A DNA stretch of 64,000 bases, taken from Mustelus asterias (taxonomy: Eukaryota). Under the pieces are notes generated by a model. That model was not told where the DNA came from, did not search any database, and saw only the letters and a list, made by a program, of their open reading frames with translations. Position numbers and translations under genes: made by a program. Within the stretch, counting starts at the first letter, position 1, and every line of letters begins with the position of its first letter. Of the stretch, positions 11,240 to 23,680 are shown one piece after another. The stretch spans positions 139,810,001-139,874,000 of the forward strand of contig NC_135806.1 in assembly GCF_964213995.1 (NCBI RefSeq). Direction: 5' to 3'.

Positions 11240-12670
11240 CCCTCATGATGATGTTATGCAGTTGTCCACATGTGATGTCCGCCTGTAAGGCATCTTTGAG
11301 TTCCTGGATTTTACGGGAGGGCAGCACCACCTCTATTGTCAAGATGTCTTTGTTTTCCTCATGATCTGCCTGGTCTATAGTGGGTAGGAAAACTCTGAGA
11401 AGAGCATCAGCCAAGCACAGCTCTTTGTCATATTTACAGACAACACTGAAGTTGTAGCTGCAGCATCATGCGGTGAACATAAGGACATAAGAACTAGGTG
11501 CATGAGTGGGCCATCTGACCCCTCGAGCCTGCTCCGCCATTCAATAAGATCATGGCTGATCTTTTCGTGGACTCAGCTCCACTTACCCGCCTGCTCACCA
11601 TAACCCTTAATTCCTTTACTGTTCAAAAATTTATCTATTCTTGCCTTGAGGTAGCCTCAACTGCTTCACTGGGCAGGGAATTCCACAGATTCACAACCCT
11701 TTGTGTGAAGAAGTTCCTCCTCAACTCAGTCCTAAATCTGCTTCCCCTTATTTTGAGGCTATGCCCCCTAGTTCTAGTTTCACCCGCCAGTGGAAACAAC
11801 TTCCCTGCTTCTATCTTATCTATTCCCTTCATAATCTTATATGTTTCTATAAGATCTCCCCTCATTCTTCTGAATTCCAATGAGTATAGCCCCAGTCTAC
11901 TCAGTCTCTCCTCATAAGCCAACCCTCTCAACTCCGGAATCAACCTAGTGAATCTCCTCTGCACCCCCTCCAGTGCCAGTATATCCTTTCTCAAGTAAGG
12001 AGACCAAAACTGTACACAGTACTCCAGGTGTGGCCTCACCAGCACCTTATACAGCTGCAACATAATCTCGCTGTTTTTAAACTCCATCCCTCTAGCAATG
12101 AAGGACAAAATTCCATTTGCCTTCTTAATTACCTGCTGCACCTGCAAACCAACTCCTTGAGATTCCTGCACAAGGAGACCCAGGTCCCTCTGCACAGCAG
12201 CATGCTGCAATTTTTTACCATTTAAATAATCGTCCATTTTGCTGTTATTCCTACCAAAATGGATGACCTCACATTTACCAACATTGTACTCCATCTGCCA
12301 GACCCTCGCCCACTCACTTAGACTATATATATCCCTTTGCAGACTTTCAGCGTCCTCTGCACACTTTGCTCTTCCACCCATCTTAGTGTCTTCTGCGAAT
12401 TTTGACACACTACACTTGGTCCCCAACTCCAAATCATCTGTGTAAATCGTAAACAATTGCGGTCCCAACACTGATCCCTGAGGCACACCACTAGTCACTG
12501 ATCGCCAACCAGAAAACCACCCATTTACCCCCACTCTTTGCTTTCTGTTAGTTATTCTCTTTCTGAGAAATCATGCTTTCTTCGTAATGAATGGCTGATG
12601 ATCAGTTTCAACCGTTGTAGGATGACCATATATGAAGTCATGAAATTTCTGACAGGTGAAGAGTGGAGCA
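11240..12670 (-). mobile_element. Old Gypsy RNase H fragment split by the CR1 at 11475-12555
   Basis: Minus strand CQKFHDFIYGHPTTVETDHQP (~12595-12660) and RMMLQL..KELCLADAL (~11395-11474). Confidence 0.6.
11475..12555 (-). mobile_element. CR1 LINE, 5'-truncated RT C-terminus and tail
   Basis: [30 protein letters not shown]; (cttatgtt)-type tail. Confidence 0.92.
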
Positions 12671-12715
12671 GCTCTGTCATTTAGAAACTTAAGCACTTCG
12701 CATAACTATAGTTAT

Positions 12716-15700
12716 TGTCATAACTCTAGGAGTCGGCTGTGAAGGAACTGTGCTTTTATTGCACTGACTGAAAATAAACAGGAACCACAAGCCTGTGGTG
12801 AACATAACAGGTCCCAACCAGGACTAAAAGATTAATGGACCTCTCTGGGTCTTGCTTTATACAGGGCTCGGTATACGAGCTCCACCTGGTTGGCTCATTA
12901 CCAATACCCAGGGAGCACGTATTCAACTAGCCCAGCTAAACGGTCAATTAATGATTCCCCATGGAGGTTATTGCATCCCTCCCCCTCCGAGACTGAGGGC
13001 TCTCCCTTGCTCCTTGAGTGCCAGGCCATCTTTCCTTTTGGCCCTTGGACTTTTTGCTGTTTCTGGTCAGGTGGTGTATAGCGTATCGGCGAGTGCCTCT
13101 TTCCTGACGATCGACAAAGTATTATTGGAGGTGGGTCTTCCTCACTGACGGCTTCTGGCTGGGCCTCCGCCATTTCAGTCTCCATTTCAGAGTCAGATAT
13201 CTCAGATTGTGTTTCGAGGCCTCCTGTTAATAAAGGTGTTTTGTCCTCCCTCCGTGTACTTGGGGTCTCCGATGGCATACCCGTCGAGTTTGCCACTTCT
13301 GTTGCCAGCTCTCGATGCTTTAAGTGGTCCACATGTTTTCTTTGCACTGTGTCTCCAACTTTTACCATGTAGGTCACTCACCTTGTTTCAAAGAGTTTTT
13401 CCTGGTGTCCATGGGGTGCTGCCTCCAAAATTTCGCACTAAGGCTGAAATTTTACCGTCCGCTTGCCCGCCACGGGAATCAGGGCGGGTGAGGCGCGAAC
13501 CATGGGAAGGTCCGTTGACCTCGGGTGGGATTTTCCGGTTTCAGGACAAGCAAGGCCGTAAAATCCATCTATGTCTCCCTCGATAAGATTCTATTCATCT
13601 GTATTTTATCATGGCCCCTTTTTTGGGCTTCTTGTTCCTCTTCCACTCTTCTATTTATGTTTGGGAATGTAAGGCTTAGCCTAGTCCGTAGGCTCCTGCC
13701 CATTATTAACTCGGCCGGGCCTACACCTGTCATTACATGTGGCATCGTTCTATAACTGAGGGGAAAATGTGCCAGTTTGGTGTCTACAGATCCCCTGATC
13801 TGTTTTTTCATTCCCCTTTTAAAAATTTGGGCAGCGTTCCACTAGTCCATTCGATGATGGGTGATAAAGGGCTTTGTGGACATGTCGTATTCTGTTTGTT
13901 TTCGTAAATGTCTTAAATTCCCTACTGGTAAATGGGCTTCTGTTGTCTGTCACTAAAACTTCTGGGATTCCATGGATACAGAAAGATTGTCATAGTTTCT
14001 GTATCGTGTTTTGCGATGTGGTGGATGTCATCCAGTGCACCTCCATTCACTTAGAATGGGTGTCAATTAAAAATAAAAACATGGAGCCCATAAATGGTCC
14101 TGCAAAGTTTGCATGTATCCTAACCCATGGCTTTCCTGGCCATTCCCAGGATTGTAGGGAAGCTACCGGTTCCGGTTTTCCTGGCACATTCTACATGATT
14201 TTACCATTTTCTCTATTCCCCATCAATACCAGGCCACCAGACGTAGCTTCTCACTAGCATCTTCAATTTTGATATGCCTGGATGACCATCAGTTTATTTA
14301 TTTTAAAGTTAGCTTATTTATTAGTCACAAGTAGGCTTACATTCACACTGAAATGAAGTTACTGTGAAAATCCCCCAGCTAAGCCGCCACACTCCTGCAC
14401 CTGTTCACGTACACTGAGGGAGAATTTTAGCCAAGCCAATTCACCTAACCCGCACATCTTTGGACTGTGGGAGGAAACCGGAGCACCCGGAGGAAACCGA
14501 CGCAGACACGGGGAGAATGTGCAGACTCCACACAGACAGTGACCCAAGCCGGGAATCGAACCCCGGTCCCTGATGCTGTGAGGCAGCAGTGCTAACCACT
14601 GTGCCACCATGCCGCCCCTTATAAAGTTCTTGAAGGACAGGCCTTTGAATGGGATGTGGGATAACTACCCGGGCTCCCCACAGGATAATGCTGTCTTCTA
14701 TGCTTAATTCCGGGGATTTTGCCACAAAAGGTTTCAAGTCTTGTGTCGGACGTTCCTGCACACCTCCATTTAATATCATGCGGCTTAGTTTCACCAATGT
14801 AGGGTTGTTTCAAGTCCAAGTCTTTATTTGTTTCGCCAAAATTGGCAAAGTGCCCATAAAATTTAATGTCATCATTACTTCATACATTTTCGGTGGTGAT
14901 GGAAAGCTTGTGGGCAAAGATAAGTGACTCAGGGTGTCTGCGTCGGTGACTTGTGTCCCTGGTCTATGTTCCAGAGTATATTCATAAGCACATAGTAATA
15001 ATGCCCATTGCTGTATTCGGGCTGACGCTTTAGGATGGATCGTTTTGTGCTCAGGAAAATGGTCCCACAGAGGTTTGTGGTCTGTTACGATTGTAAAGTG
15101 TCGATCGTATGCATATTGATGGAATTTCTTTACTGCGAAGGCCAGTGCCAAACCCCCTTTTTCTATCTGTGTGCATTTTCCTTTTCCATCAGCTGATGTC
15201 ATTGAGGCATATCGGGCGCTCCATCCCGTTGTTCCATCGGTGCGATAGAACTGCACCTATTCTGTAAGGAGAGGCGTCGCATGTTATGACCAACGGCCTT
15301 TCCGGGTTGAAATGGGTCAACACGTTGTCAGACTGCAGTTGGTGTTTTACCCTCACAAAAGCATCCTCCTGTGGTTCTTTCCATGCCCACTTCTGATGCT
15401 TTTTCAACAATGTATGTAGGGATACCAGTAAGGTTGCCAAGTTTGAAATGAACTTTCCATAATAATTTACGAGGCCAAGGAACGATTTTAATTCCGTCGT
15501 GTTCCTTGGTGTCGGAGCCTCTTTTATGGCTCTTACTCTTTCTTTGACAGGGTGTAGACCGTCTTTGTCGACCCTGTATCTGAGATATGTTACCTCTGTT
15601 GCTTGGAAAACACATTTTTCTCTTTTTAGTCTGAGCCCAGCTACCGAAAACCGTCGTAAGACTTCTGCTAAAGTTTCATGGTGTTCCTTGACAGTGGCTC

Positions 15701-17340
15701 CTATTAGAATAGCATCTAGGTAACCTGCGACTCTGGGCATTCCCTGCAATATGCCTTCCATTACTCTTTGGAATATGGCACACGCTGATGATACCCCGAA
15801 TGGTAGGCGAGTGTATTCATATAGACTCTTGTGCGTGTTTACTGTCATATACTTTCTTAATGACTCTTCTAGTTCCAATTGAAGGTACGCATGACTCATA
15901 TCCAGCTTTCTGAATATCTGGCTTACAGATAACTTTGCATGGAGGTCGTCTATTCGTGGCATTGGATATTTGTCTAAACGAGATAGATGCTTTATTCACT
16001 ATCATCTTATAATCACCACAGAGGCGGATTGTGTTGTCTGGCTTTAACACCGGGACTACCGGTGTGGCCCACTCGGAAAATTGCATGGGTCGAATTATCC
16101 CCAGCTCTTCTAATCGCTTCAGTTCAGTCTCCACTTTCGCTCATAACGCATTTGGAACTGGTCTTGCCTTGAAAAATCTTGGTTGAGCATCTGGCTCCAT
16201 ATAATTATTCGCCTTGACCCGTTTTATTTTTCCAAGGTCTGTCCTGAAAACCTCTGGGTATTTTCCTATTACCTCATATAAGTTTCCAGTGCCCATTTTT
16301 GATGGGCCAATCCAACTGGATTTTCTGTAACTAGTCCCTTCGCAAAAGGCTGGGGCCTGGCCCTTGTACCACTATCAACAGGAGTTGAACTGTTTGTTGC
16401 CCATATGTGACTGGGATTACGGTGGTCCCCACTACTCGTAATGACGAGTTGCCAATCTTGCCTTGGTGTCCTTCAATTTGAATATGGAGATATCCAATCT
16501 TAACCTTCTAAATTCTCGCTCCCCTTCAATAGATACCACTGTCCTCGCGTTCACCTCCATATCTAATAGGTGTCCATTCACTTGGAGCTGTATCTGTATA
16601 GGGGCCACCTTTGGTGTCGAGACACAATTTAGTAATGCTAGTTCCTGCTCTTCGGCCTAACTTATTTGGTACGTTCTGTTTTGGGGTGGCTTTGCCCTTC
16701 GGTATGGGTGTTGTGTGCTCTGTTTGTTTTGGTAACCTTGCTTGGAGCGGGCTGTCTGGCTGCGTGTGCAGTGCTGCTGTGTTGGCTGCTCCCTAAACTG
16801 TAGAGCTCTCTCTCAGCCAGTGTCGAGACTTCTTAGTTTCTCTGCTTGCTCATTTTTCCTCGCCCAAGGGTGGGGTTCACGAGTATGTTCAACTGGGGAC
16901 CTGGGTCTGCGATAGGGGACTCGCCCGAGCCTATGGACATTACTATCTAAAGATCCTTGCAGCTCTTGGGCCCCTTTCCCCTCATTCTCCCGAGCTAAGG
17001 CCAGCTCTATAGCTTTTTTAAAATCTAGGTTTGGCTCTGTCAAAAGCCTTCTTTGGATTGCTAGATTATTTATTCCACACACTAAACAGTCTCTCAGCAT
17101 TTCCGGTAATGCTGTGCCATATTCGCAATGCTCTGCCAGTTTTCTTAGTCGCGTCAGGAATTCTGCCATTGGTTTCCCTGCAAATCTAGTAGTTGTATTG
17201 AACCTGTACCATTGCAAGATCACAGAAGGTTTAGGATCGTAATGATTTGCCACCATTTCTACAAACTCATCGAACGTCTTGGACTCCAGTGTTTCCAGAC
17301 TTTTTATAATATTGACTGTTGCAGCCCCGTACGCAGTCAA
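12716..17340 (-). mobile_element. Gypsy (Mag-like) LTR retrotransposon, gag-PR-RT-RH-IN-3' LTR, decayed; 5' end lost
   Basis: gag 16813-17340; RT SEWATPVVPV..LCGDY, RLPFG; RNase H CDAS..TDHKPL; integrase remnants. PPT ggagggggaggga at 12976-12988. LTR 12716-12975 with TGCAATAAC...GTTATGACA ends. Confidence 0.9.
14292..14618 (-). mobile_element. HE1-type V-SINE with alternative tail, nested in Gypsy
   Basis: tRNA head, V-domain and tail cagtaacttcatt..gtaagcctacttgtgactaataaat. Confidence 0.85.
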
Positions 17341-18088
17341 CATAAGACCATAAGACATAGGAGCAGAATTAGGCCACTCGGCCCATCGAGTCTGCTCCAC
17401 CATTCAATCATGGCTGATATTTTTCTCATCCCCATTCTCCTGCCATTTCCCTATAACCCTTGACCCCCTTATTAATCAAGAATCTATCTATATCTGTCTT
17501 AAAGACACTCAATGACCTGGCCTCCACAGCCTTCTGCGGCAAAGAGTTCCACAGATTCACCACTCTCTGGCTGAAAAAATTCCTCCTCATCTCTGTTTTA
17601 AAGGATTGTCCCTTTAGCCTGAGGTTGTGCCCTCTGGTTCTATTTTTCTTCCTAGCGGAAAACATCCTCTCCACGTCCACTCTATCCAGGCCTCGCAGAA
17701 TCCTGTAAGTTTCAATAAGATCCCCCCTCATCCTTCTAAGCTCCCAACGAGTACAGACCCAGAGTCCTCAACTGTTCCCATATGACAAGCTCTTCATTCC
17801 AGGGATCATTCTTGTGAACCTCCTCTGGACCCTTTCCAAGGCCAGCACATCCTTCCTTAGATATTGGGCCCAGAGAGTGGTGAAACTCTTTGACGCAGAA
17901 GGCTGTGGAGGCCAGGTCATTGAGTGGTTTTAAGACAGAGATAGATAGGTTCTTGATTAATAAGGGGGTCAAGGGTATGGGGAAAAGGCAGGAGAATGGG
18001 GATGAGAAAAATATCAGCCATGATTGAATGGCGGAGCAGACTCGATTGGCTGAGTGGCCTAATTCTGCTCCTATGTCTTATGGTCTTG
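17341..18088. mobile_element. Two CR1 3' ends in inverted orientation
   Basis: Minus copy 17341-~17870 and plus copy ~17872-18088; terminal ~215 bp are reverse complements. Confidence 0.85.
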
Positions 18089-18484
18089 CAGTAAATGCTT
18101 AATCATTTAGATATTAATAGAACTAGCACCAACTTCAAGTGGCAACAACAAAGAAATATTTACACTTTGACACAGAGGGAGCACACGGCTCTCACAGTCA
18201 AAGTTGTGAGCAATCAGCAAGCACCTCACTTCACTTGCCTTTGCTTTACACACGAATCATTTCACTCCTACCAGTCAGAAAAAAACTATGCAGCTGGAAA
18301 TCAGCAGATTGTGGTAACTCTGTGCATGTGTAACAATCAACAAAATGTCATGTGGGCCGTGAGCCAGATGGGTCGCATGTGCCCTCCAGGCCACAGGTGG
18401 CTCATCATTGCCGTACACAATGCTCCAAATATGGTCTCACCAATACCCTGCACAACTGAAGCACAACCTCCCTACTTTTGCAAT

Positions 18485-18805
18485 CAATTTTGCAATCCCA
18501 GCTCATGTTCTGGGGACCTGGGTTCAAATTCCACCATGGCAGTTGGTGGAATTTGAATTCAATACAAAATATCTGGAAATAAGAATCTACTGATGACCAT
18601 GAAACCATTGTCGATTGTTGGTAAAAACCCATCTGGTTCACGAATGTCCTTTAGGGAAGGAAATCTGCCGTCCGTACTCGATCTGGCCTCCATGTGACTC
18701 CAGAACACAGCAATGTGGTTGTCCTCAGGCAACTAGGGATGGGCAACAAATGCTGGCTAGCCAGCGACACCTATGTCCCATGAATGAATAGATACATTTT
18801 TTAAA
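18485..18805 (+). mobile_element. tRNA-derived SINE, full length
   Basis: B box gggttcaaattcc; tail gggcaacaaatgctggctagccagcgac...atgaatgaat also seen at 1-55, 5401 and 33120. Confidence 0.75.
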
Positions 18806-18844
18806 ATTCCCCTCACAATAAATGATAACATTTTATTAGCTTTC

Positions 18845-20135
18845 TGTAGTATTTTGGAAGGAGCGGCAATCCCCAAGTGGGGTAACAAAAGAACAGTTTA
18901 TTAACAGTGAAAGAACTATGCACAGAAAGTGAGATCAACGCTACCCATTACTGAGACTCCGGCTCCTGGACTGCCTGGGAGAGCTCAGCTCAGGATTCGT
19001 GCGCTTCGACCCATTTGGCTGAACAAGTCACATGACCCTCCAAAACCTCGTCCCTTAAAGGGGCTCGCTAATGTATCATTTCCCCTTTAATACCTTTTAT
19101 AACACATAGTATCAAAAGTTAAACTATGTATGTTTTTTTTAGCAGTCCATTAAAAAGTCAGTCTGTTAGGGGATTTTCTCACCCTTTTGGAGTGACGCAG
19201 TTCAACAGGAAATGTTTCATCAATAGGGGCAGATTCAGTTTCAGTTCCTGAAATTGGACTCCCAACTTGTAACGGTGCATCTGTACAGATCACTTTTTCA
19301 TTTCCCACAGGATCACCACTCGACCCTTCCTGGGCCAACTTGCGTCCATATTGCTTTCAACCACAATATCACTGGTGGACATACTCAGAGTGGACTAGTC
19401 CACTGGCTCTCTATGTGACTTCGCAGGTGATCTAAATGCTTCTTCAATCTTTAACTTGAACTTTGACTTCATAACATAGTGGCCTGTTCTGGCCACAACG
19501 CCTGGGACCCAATTCTGACCCGTCCCAAATATTTTAGCATGCACTAGATCATCCACCTCAACTGTTCCCTCAGACTTTGTAGAATTATGACCCTTCTTTT
19601 GCACACTCTGCTTAGTCGCCAACGTCCCCGCCAAATTTGGAAACACCAAATCCAACCTGGTTCGAATATGTCTACCTATCAGCAACTCAGCAGGAATTAC
19701 TCCGCTGATCATGTGAAGCGTTGTTCAATAGGTAATAGGAAAACCCACTAAATTGGGGATTCTGGTTGACATCATGTAGGTACCCTTCTTGAATTTTGAA
19801 AATTTTGAGCCAGTTCGATTTTGTTGCCTGAAGCCTATCTCATCCCTTCAAGCTTGGTCTTCAATTACAATTAAAGGCAGTTGGGCAGGCTGCTATCTGT
19901 AACTTACAGGTGCTGTTGATGTTCCCAAAATCCATTTGGCTTCCCCTCTGTACGTTGATAGCCTGGCTACCATGTTTTTTAATCCCAAGAACTGGACCCC
20001 CACATGTAGGTATCAATAAGTTTGTTCTCCCACTACTGAGGCAGAGGCTCCTTTATCGGCCTCAATTGTGATTGGACTATTAACCATCAGTACAATTGTG
20101 ATGGGAACCACTTTGCACACCTTGATATTATTCAG
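18845..20135 (-). mobile_element. Internally deleted Gypsy remnant (protease fused to integrase C-terminus, 3' LTR)
   Basis: PAELLIGRHIRTRLDLVFP, NWVPG, LRHSKRVRKSPNRL. PPT at 19079-19090; LTR ~18845-19078. Confidence 0.7.
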
Positions 20136-20149
20136 CCTGTATATATCTG

Positions 20150-21005
20150 AATCTCCTCACATCCCCCCTAAACATCCTGCTCCTCACCTTGAACTCATGT
20201 CCCCTCGTGACTGACTCTTCAACTAAGGGGAACAGCTGCTCCTTATCCACTCTGTCCAGGTCTCTCATAATCTTGTACACCACGGTCAGGTCGCTCCTGT
20301 CTTCTCTGCTCCAACGAAAACAACCCAAGCCTATCCAACCTCTCTTCGTAACTTAAATGTTTAATCCCAGGCAGCATCCTGGTGAATCTCCTCTGCACCC
20401 CCTCCAGTGCAATCACATGCTTACTATGTGATGACCAGAACTGCACACAGTGCTCCAGCTGTGAACTCACCAAAGTTCCATACAACTCCAACATAACCTC
20501 CCTGCTTTTGTAATCAATGCCTCAATTGACAAAGGCAAGTGTCCCATGTTTAATGAATGGCAGGACATAAAAACATAGAAGATAGGAGCAGTAGGAGGCC
20601 ATTTGGCCCTTTGCGCCTGCTCTGCCATTCATCACGATCATGGCTGATTGTCCTCAATAGCCTAATCCTGCTTTTTCCCCATAACCTTTGATCCCATTCT
20701 CGCCAAGTGCCATATCCAGCCGCCTCTTGAATACATTCAATGTTTTGGCATCAACTACTTCCTGTGGTAATGAATTCCACAGGCTCACCACTCTCTGGGT
20801 GAAGAAATGTCTCCTCATCTTCATCCTAAATGGTCTATCCTGTATCCTCAGGCTGTGACCCCGGGTTCTGGACTCCCCCACCATCAGGAACATCCTTCCT
20901 GCATCTACCTTGTCTAATCCTGTTGGAAGTCTCTATGAGATCCCCCCTCATTTCTCTGAACTCCAGCAAATACAATCCTACCTGGTCAATCTCTCCTCAT
21001 ACTTC
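20150..21005 (-). mobile_element. Two CR1 3' fragments
   Basis: LEHCVQFWS..RRFTRMLPG; FFTQRVVSLWNSLP and tail. Confidence 0.8.
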
Positions 21006-21059
21006 ATGCCATTCCTGAAAACAACTAAGTGGCTTAGTTAGAGTTCAGAGGAACAGATG

Positions 21060-21595
21060 GATGGGGTGAACCGGGGTGGAGATCAGCCGGGTGGCGCGCG
21101 GGGGTGGAGGGGGGGGGGGGGGGGCGGGGGGTGGTGGGGGGCGATGGTGGAATCTGGAGCGGTGATCAGCCAGGGTGGGGGGGGGGGGGAAATTCAGGGA
21201 TGGTGAATGGCCAGTGGGGGGGCATGATCAGAGTGGCAATTGGGGGAGCAAGAAATCCGTGACTGGGGCAGTGATCTAGGAGGGCAATGGGAGGTGGGGT
21301 TATGATGTCAGGGTGGGGGAGTTGGGGAGTGACAATCTCCTAGTGCACTGTGTATGATTGACACGGTGCAGTGGGAGATCAGGGCACATGCGCAAAAGCG
21401 TCCTCCAGCTGTCTGCAACCATCTTATTGGTGAGGTAAATCCCCTCCCCTCCCCCTGCTGGTGATAATCAGGTTGTGGCTCAGTTTTGAACTGTCATAAG
21501 ATTTGATTTTTTTCCCTCACCAAAAAAGCGGGCCTGAAAATCTTCCATTTTCATGCTCATTCAGCACTTAGAATTTTGTTGGTAAGGTCACCCCC
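21060..21595. mobile_element. G-rich non-autonomous DNA-transposon-like element (partial)
   Basis: Long G runs. The right end (cacttagaattttgttggtaag..) and internal gcacatgcgc resemble 60651-61643. Confidence 0.5.
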
Positions 21596-21754
21596 AAAAA
21601 GTCAGAAATATATAGGACCTTTCATCCTCTCTTGATGCTGTGGATTGTGCCACTTTTTAGTATTAGTTATATAAATAGATGTGGTCTGTTAATCAACAAC
21701 ATTTCATTCTTGTTTTCTGCTCAACATAAATAATCTTCCTATTTCCCAAACACT

Positions 21755-22170
21755 TCTGAAGAAGAATCTTAGAACATAGAACAGTACAGCACAAGAACAG
21801 TCCCTTTTGTGCATGATGTTGTGCCGAACATGACGCCAAATTAACTAATCCCTTCTGCCTGTTCTTGGTCCATATCCCTCTATTCCTTGTATATTCATGT
21901 GCTTATCTAAGAGCCCCTTAAATGTCCCTATTTTTTCTGCCTGTACCGTCATCCCTGGCAGCGCGTTCCAAACATCTACCACTCATTCCAGACACATTCC
22001 ACTTCATGGACTTGAAACATTAACTCTGTTTCTCTCTCCACAGTTGCTGACAGAGTTTCTCTGATACATTTTTTATTTGCTACCAAATAAACCTGTTGGA
22101 CTTTAACCTGGTGTTGTGAGACTTCTTACTGTGATTACCCCAGTCCAACGCCGGCATCTCCACATCATGA
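21755..22170 (+). mobile_element. Penelope-type terminal repeats with a CR1 3' fragment (21770-21985, minus) inserted
   Basis: ctgaagaagaatc...ggacttgaaacattaactctgtttctctctccacag; 22083-22167 matches 52385-52468. Confidence 0.55.
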
Positions 22171-22179
22171 CATTTTTTA

Positions 22180-22337
22180 TTAAACAGACTTCCTGTTAGT
22201 CAGTAGATTTAGAGAGGTTTTCATCAGTTTTGGGTGATTTCACAAGAAGTGAAGAAACATTTTGAGCAACTTCTGTATTTTGGTGTCAAAAGACAAGGAC
22301 CTCTGAGTGAGAAAGACAAAACACTGAAGGATTGGAG
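22180..22337 (+). promoter_or_regulatory. Putative proximal promoter/5'UTR of the Ig receptor gene
   Basis: Non-repeat stretch just upstream of the ATG with an ETS site ACTTCCTGT (22188-22196) and a PU.1-like AAGAAGTGAAG (22244-22254). No clear TATA box. Confidence 0.4.
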
Positions 22338-22398
22338 ATGGGTTCTGTCTACGTTTGGCTTTCCACTGTCTTGCTGTCGGTCTCAGTGCGGGGTTTCA
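22338..22398 (+). CDS. Exon 1 (signal peptide) of an Ig-superfamily receptor gene
   Basis: ATG in good Kozak context (gagATGg). Encodes MGSVYVWLSTVLLSVSVRGF, a hydrophobic core with small residues. Phase-1 donor A|GTAGGT at 22399 joins in frame to the phase-1 acceptor at 23681. A weaker phase-1 donor G|GTTTCA at 22393 is also possible. Confidence 0.72.
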
Positions 22399-23117
22399 GT
22401 AGGTGCTTTTTAATAATAATTATTCAAATTTATTTTGTCGCATAAATTGTCCTTTTTGCGACTTCACTGCAGGGTTGAGAGTGGGTGAATGTCTAATGCA
22501 GAGTTTGAGGAACAGAGTAGAGAAAGATTGTCAGGTTTCTAGCAAGGCACAAAGAACATGAAACAGGCCATTCAACCCTCCAGCCGGTGCCCAGATTCAA
22601 TGTGATCAAGGCTGATTAGTATCCTAAAACTACAGCCAGTGCATCCTTTATCTCTGTAGCTATCTCCTTTAAACCCGAAGGTGTGGGCCATCAGGCCCCA
22701 ATGATTTGTCATAATTTAATATTTAAGTTTCTCCAATACTTCTTCTCTTTGATATTAATTTCCTCACTCTTTTTAATCCCACATTTACTGACTATTTCTG
22801 GAATAATACAAAATATTTCTTTAATGCCTCCATCATTTCCTCATTCTCATGTTAATTTCACTTGTCTTTGATCCTTAAGGACCAAATACTTGCCTTGGTT
22901 CCACACCTCTCAATATCCTCGCCAAACAGAAAACAATCCATCTCAATTCTGAGATTTTTAATTGACCCCACAGCATCAACACCTTTTGAGGGAGAGATTT
23001 CCCAATTTTCACCAAAGTTTCAATGAACAAACGATTCCGGATATCAGCCAGAACTCCCCCATCAGAAGAAATCCATTAGGTCGTCTGTTGTTACAGCTGT
23101 AAATGAACTGATATTAA

Positions 23118-23476
23118 ATCATAGAAATAGAAATAGAAATAGAAACCCTACAGTGCAGAAACAGGCCATTCGGCCCATCGAGTCTGCACCGACCACAATC
23201 CCACCCAGGCCCTACCCCCATATCCCTACACATTTACCTGCTAATCCCTCTAACCTACACATCTCAGGACACTAAGGGACAATTTTAGCATGGCCAATCA
23301 ACCTAACCCGAACATCTTTGGACTGTGGGAGGAAACCGGAGCACCCGGGGGAAACCCACGCAGACACGAGGAGAATGTGCAAACTCCACACAGACAGCGA
23401 CCCAAGCCGGGAATCGAACCCAGGTCCCTGGAGCTGTGAAGCAGCAGTGCTAACCACTGTGCTACCTTGCCGCCCC
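23118..23476 (-). mobile_element. HE1-type V-SINE, full length, intron 1
   Basis: tRNA head, V-domain, (tttcta)n tail. Confidence 0.9.
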
Positions 23477-23680
23477 TGAAGTGATCAGAGAGCATTGTGT
23501 CTGAAGAGCAAGTTTGCACTGTCACTGCACCAGAACTGGGCAATATCGGTCTGACTGGGTGATGTATCTATTTATACTCGTTGGCAGACGCAAAATATTG
23601 AATGTTGTAGTTTGTTTTTGGAATACTGACGTATGTCCCTGTGCTGTTTTAATATTCTCTCTCTCTCTTTCCCTCTACAG

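Noticed and set aside
12690-12716. loxP-like look of ATAACTATAGTTATGCGAAG
   Set aside because: No 13-bp arms around an 8-bp spacer; chance AT-rich palindrome.
23400-23476. tRNA genes at SINE heads
   Set aside because: A/B boxes continue directly into the V-domain; these are SINEs.
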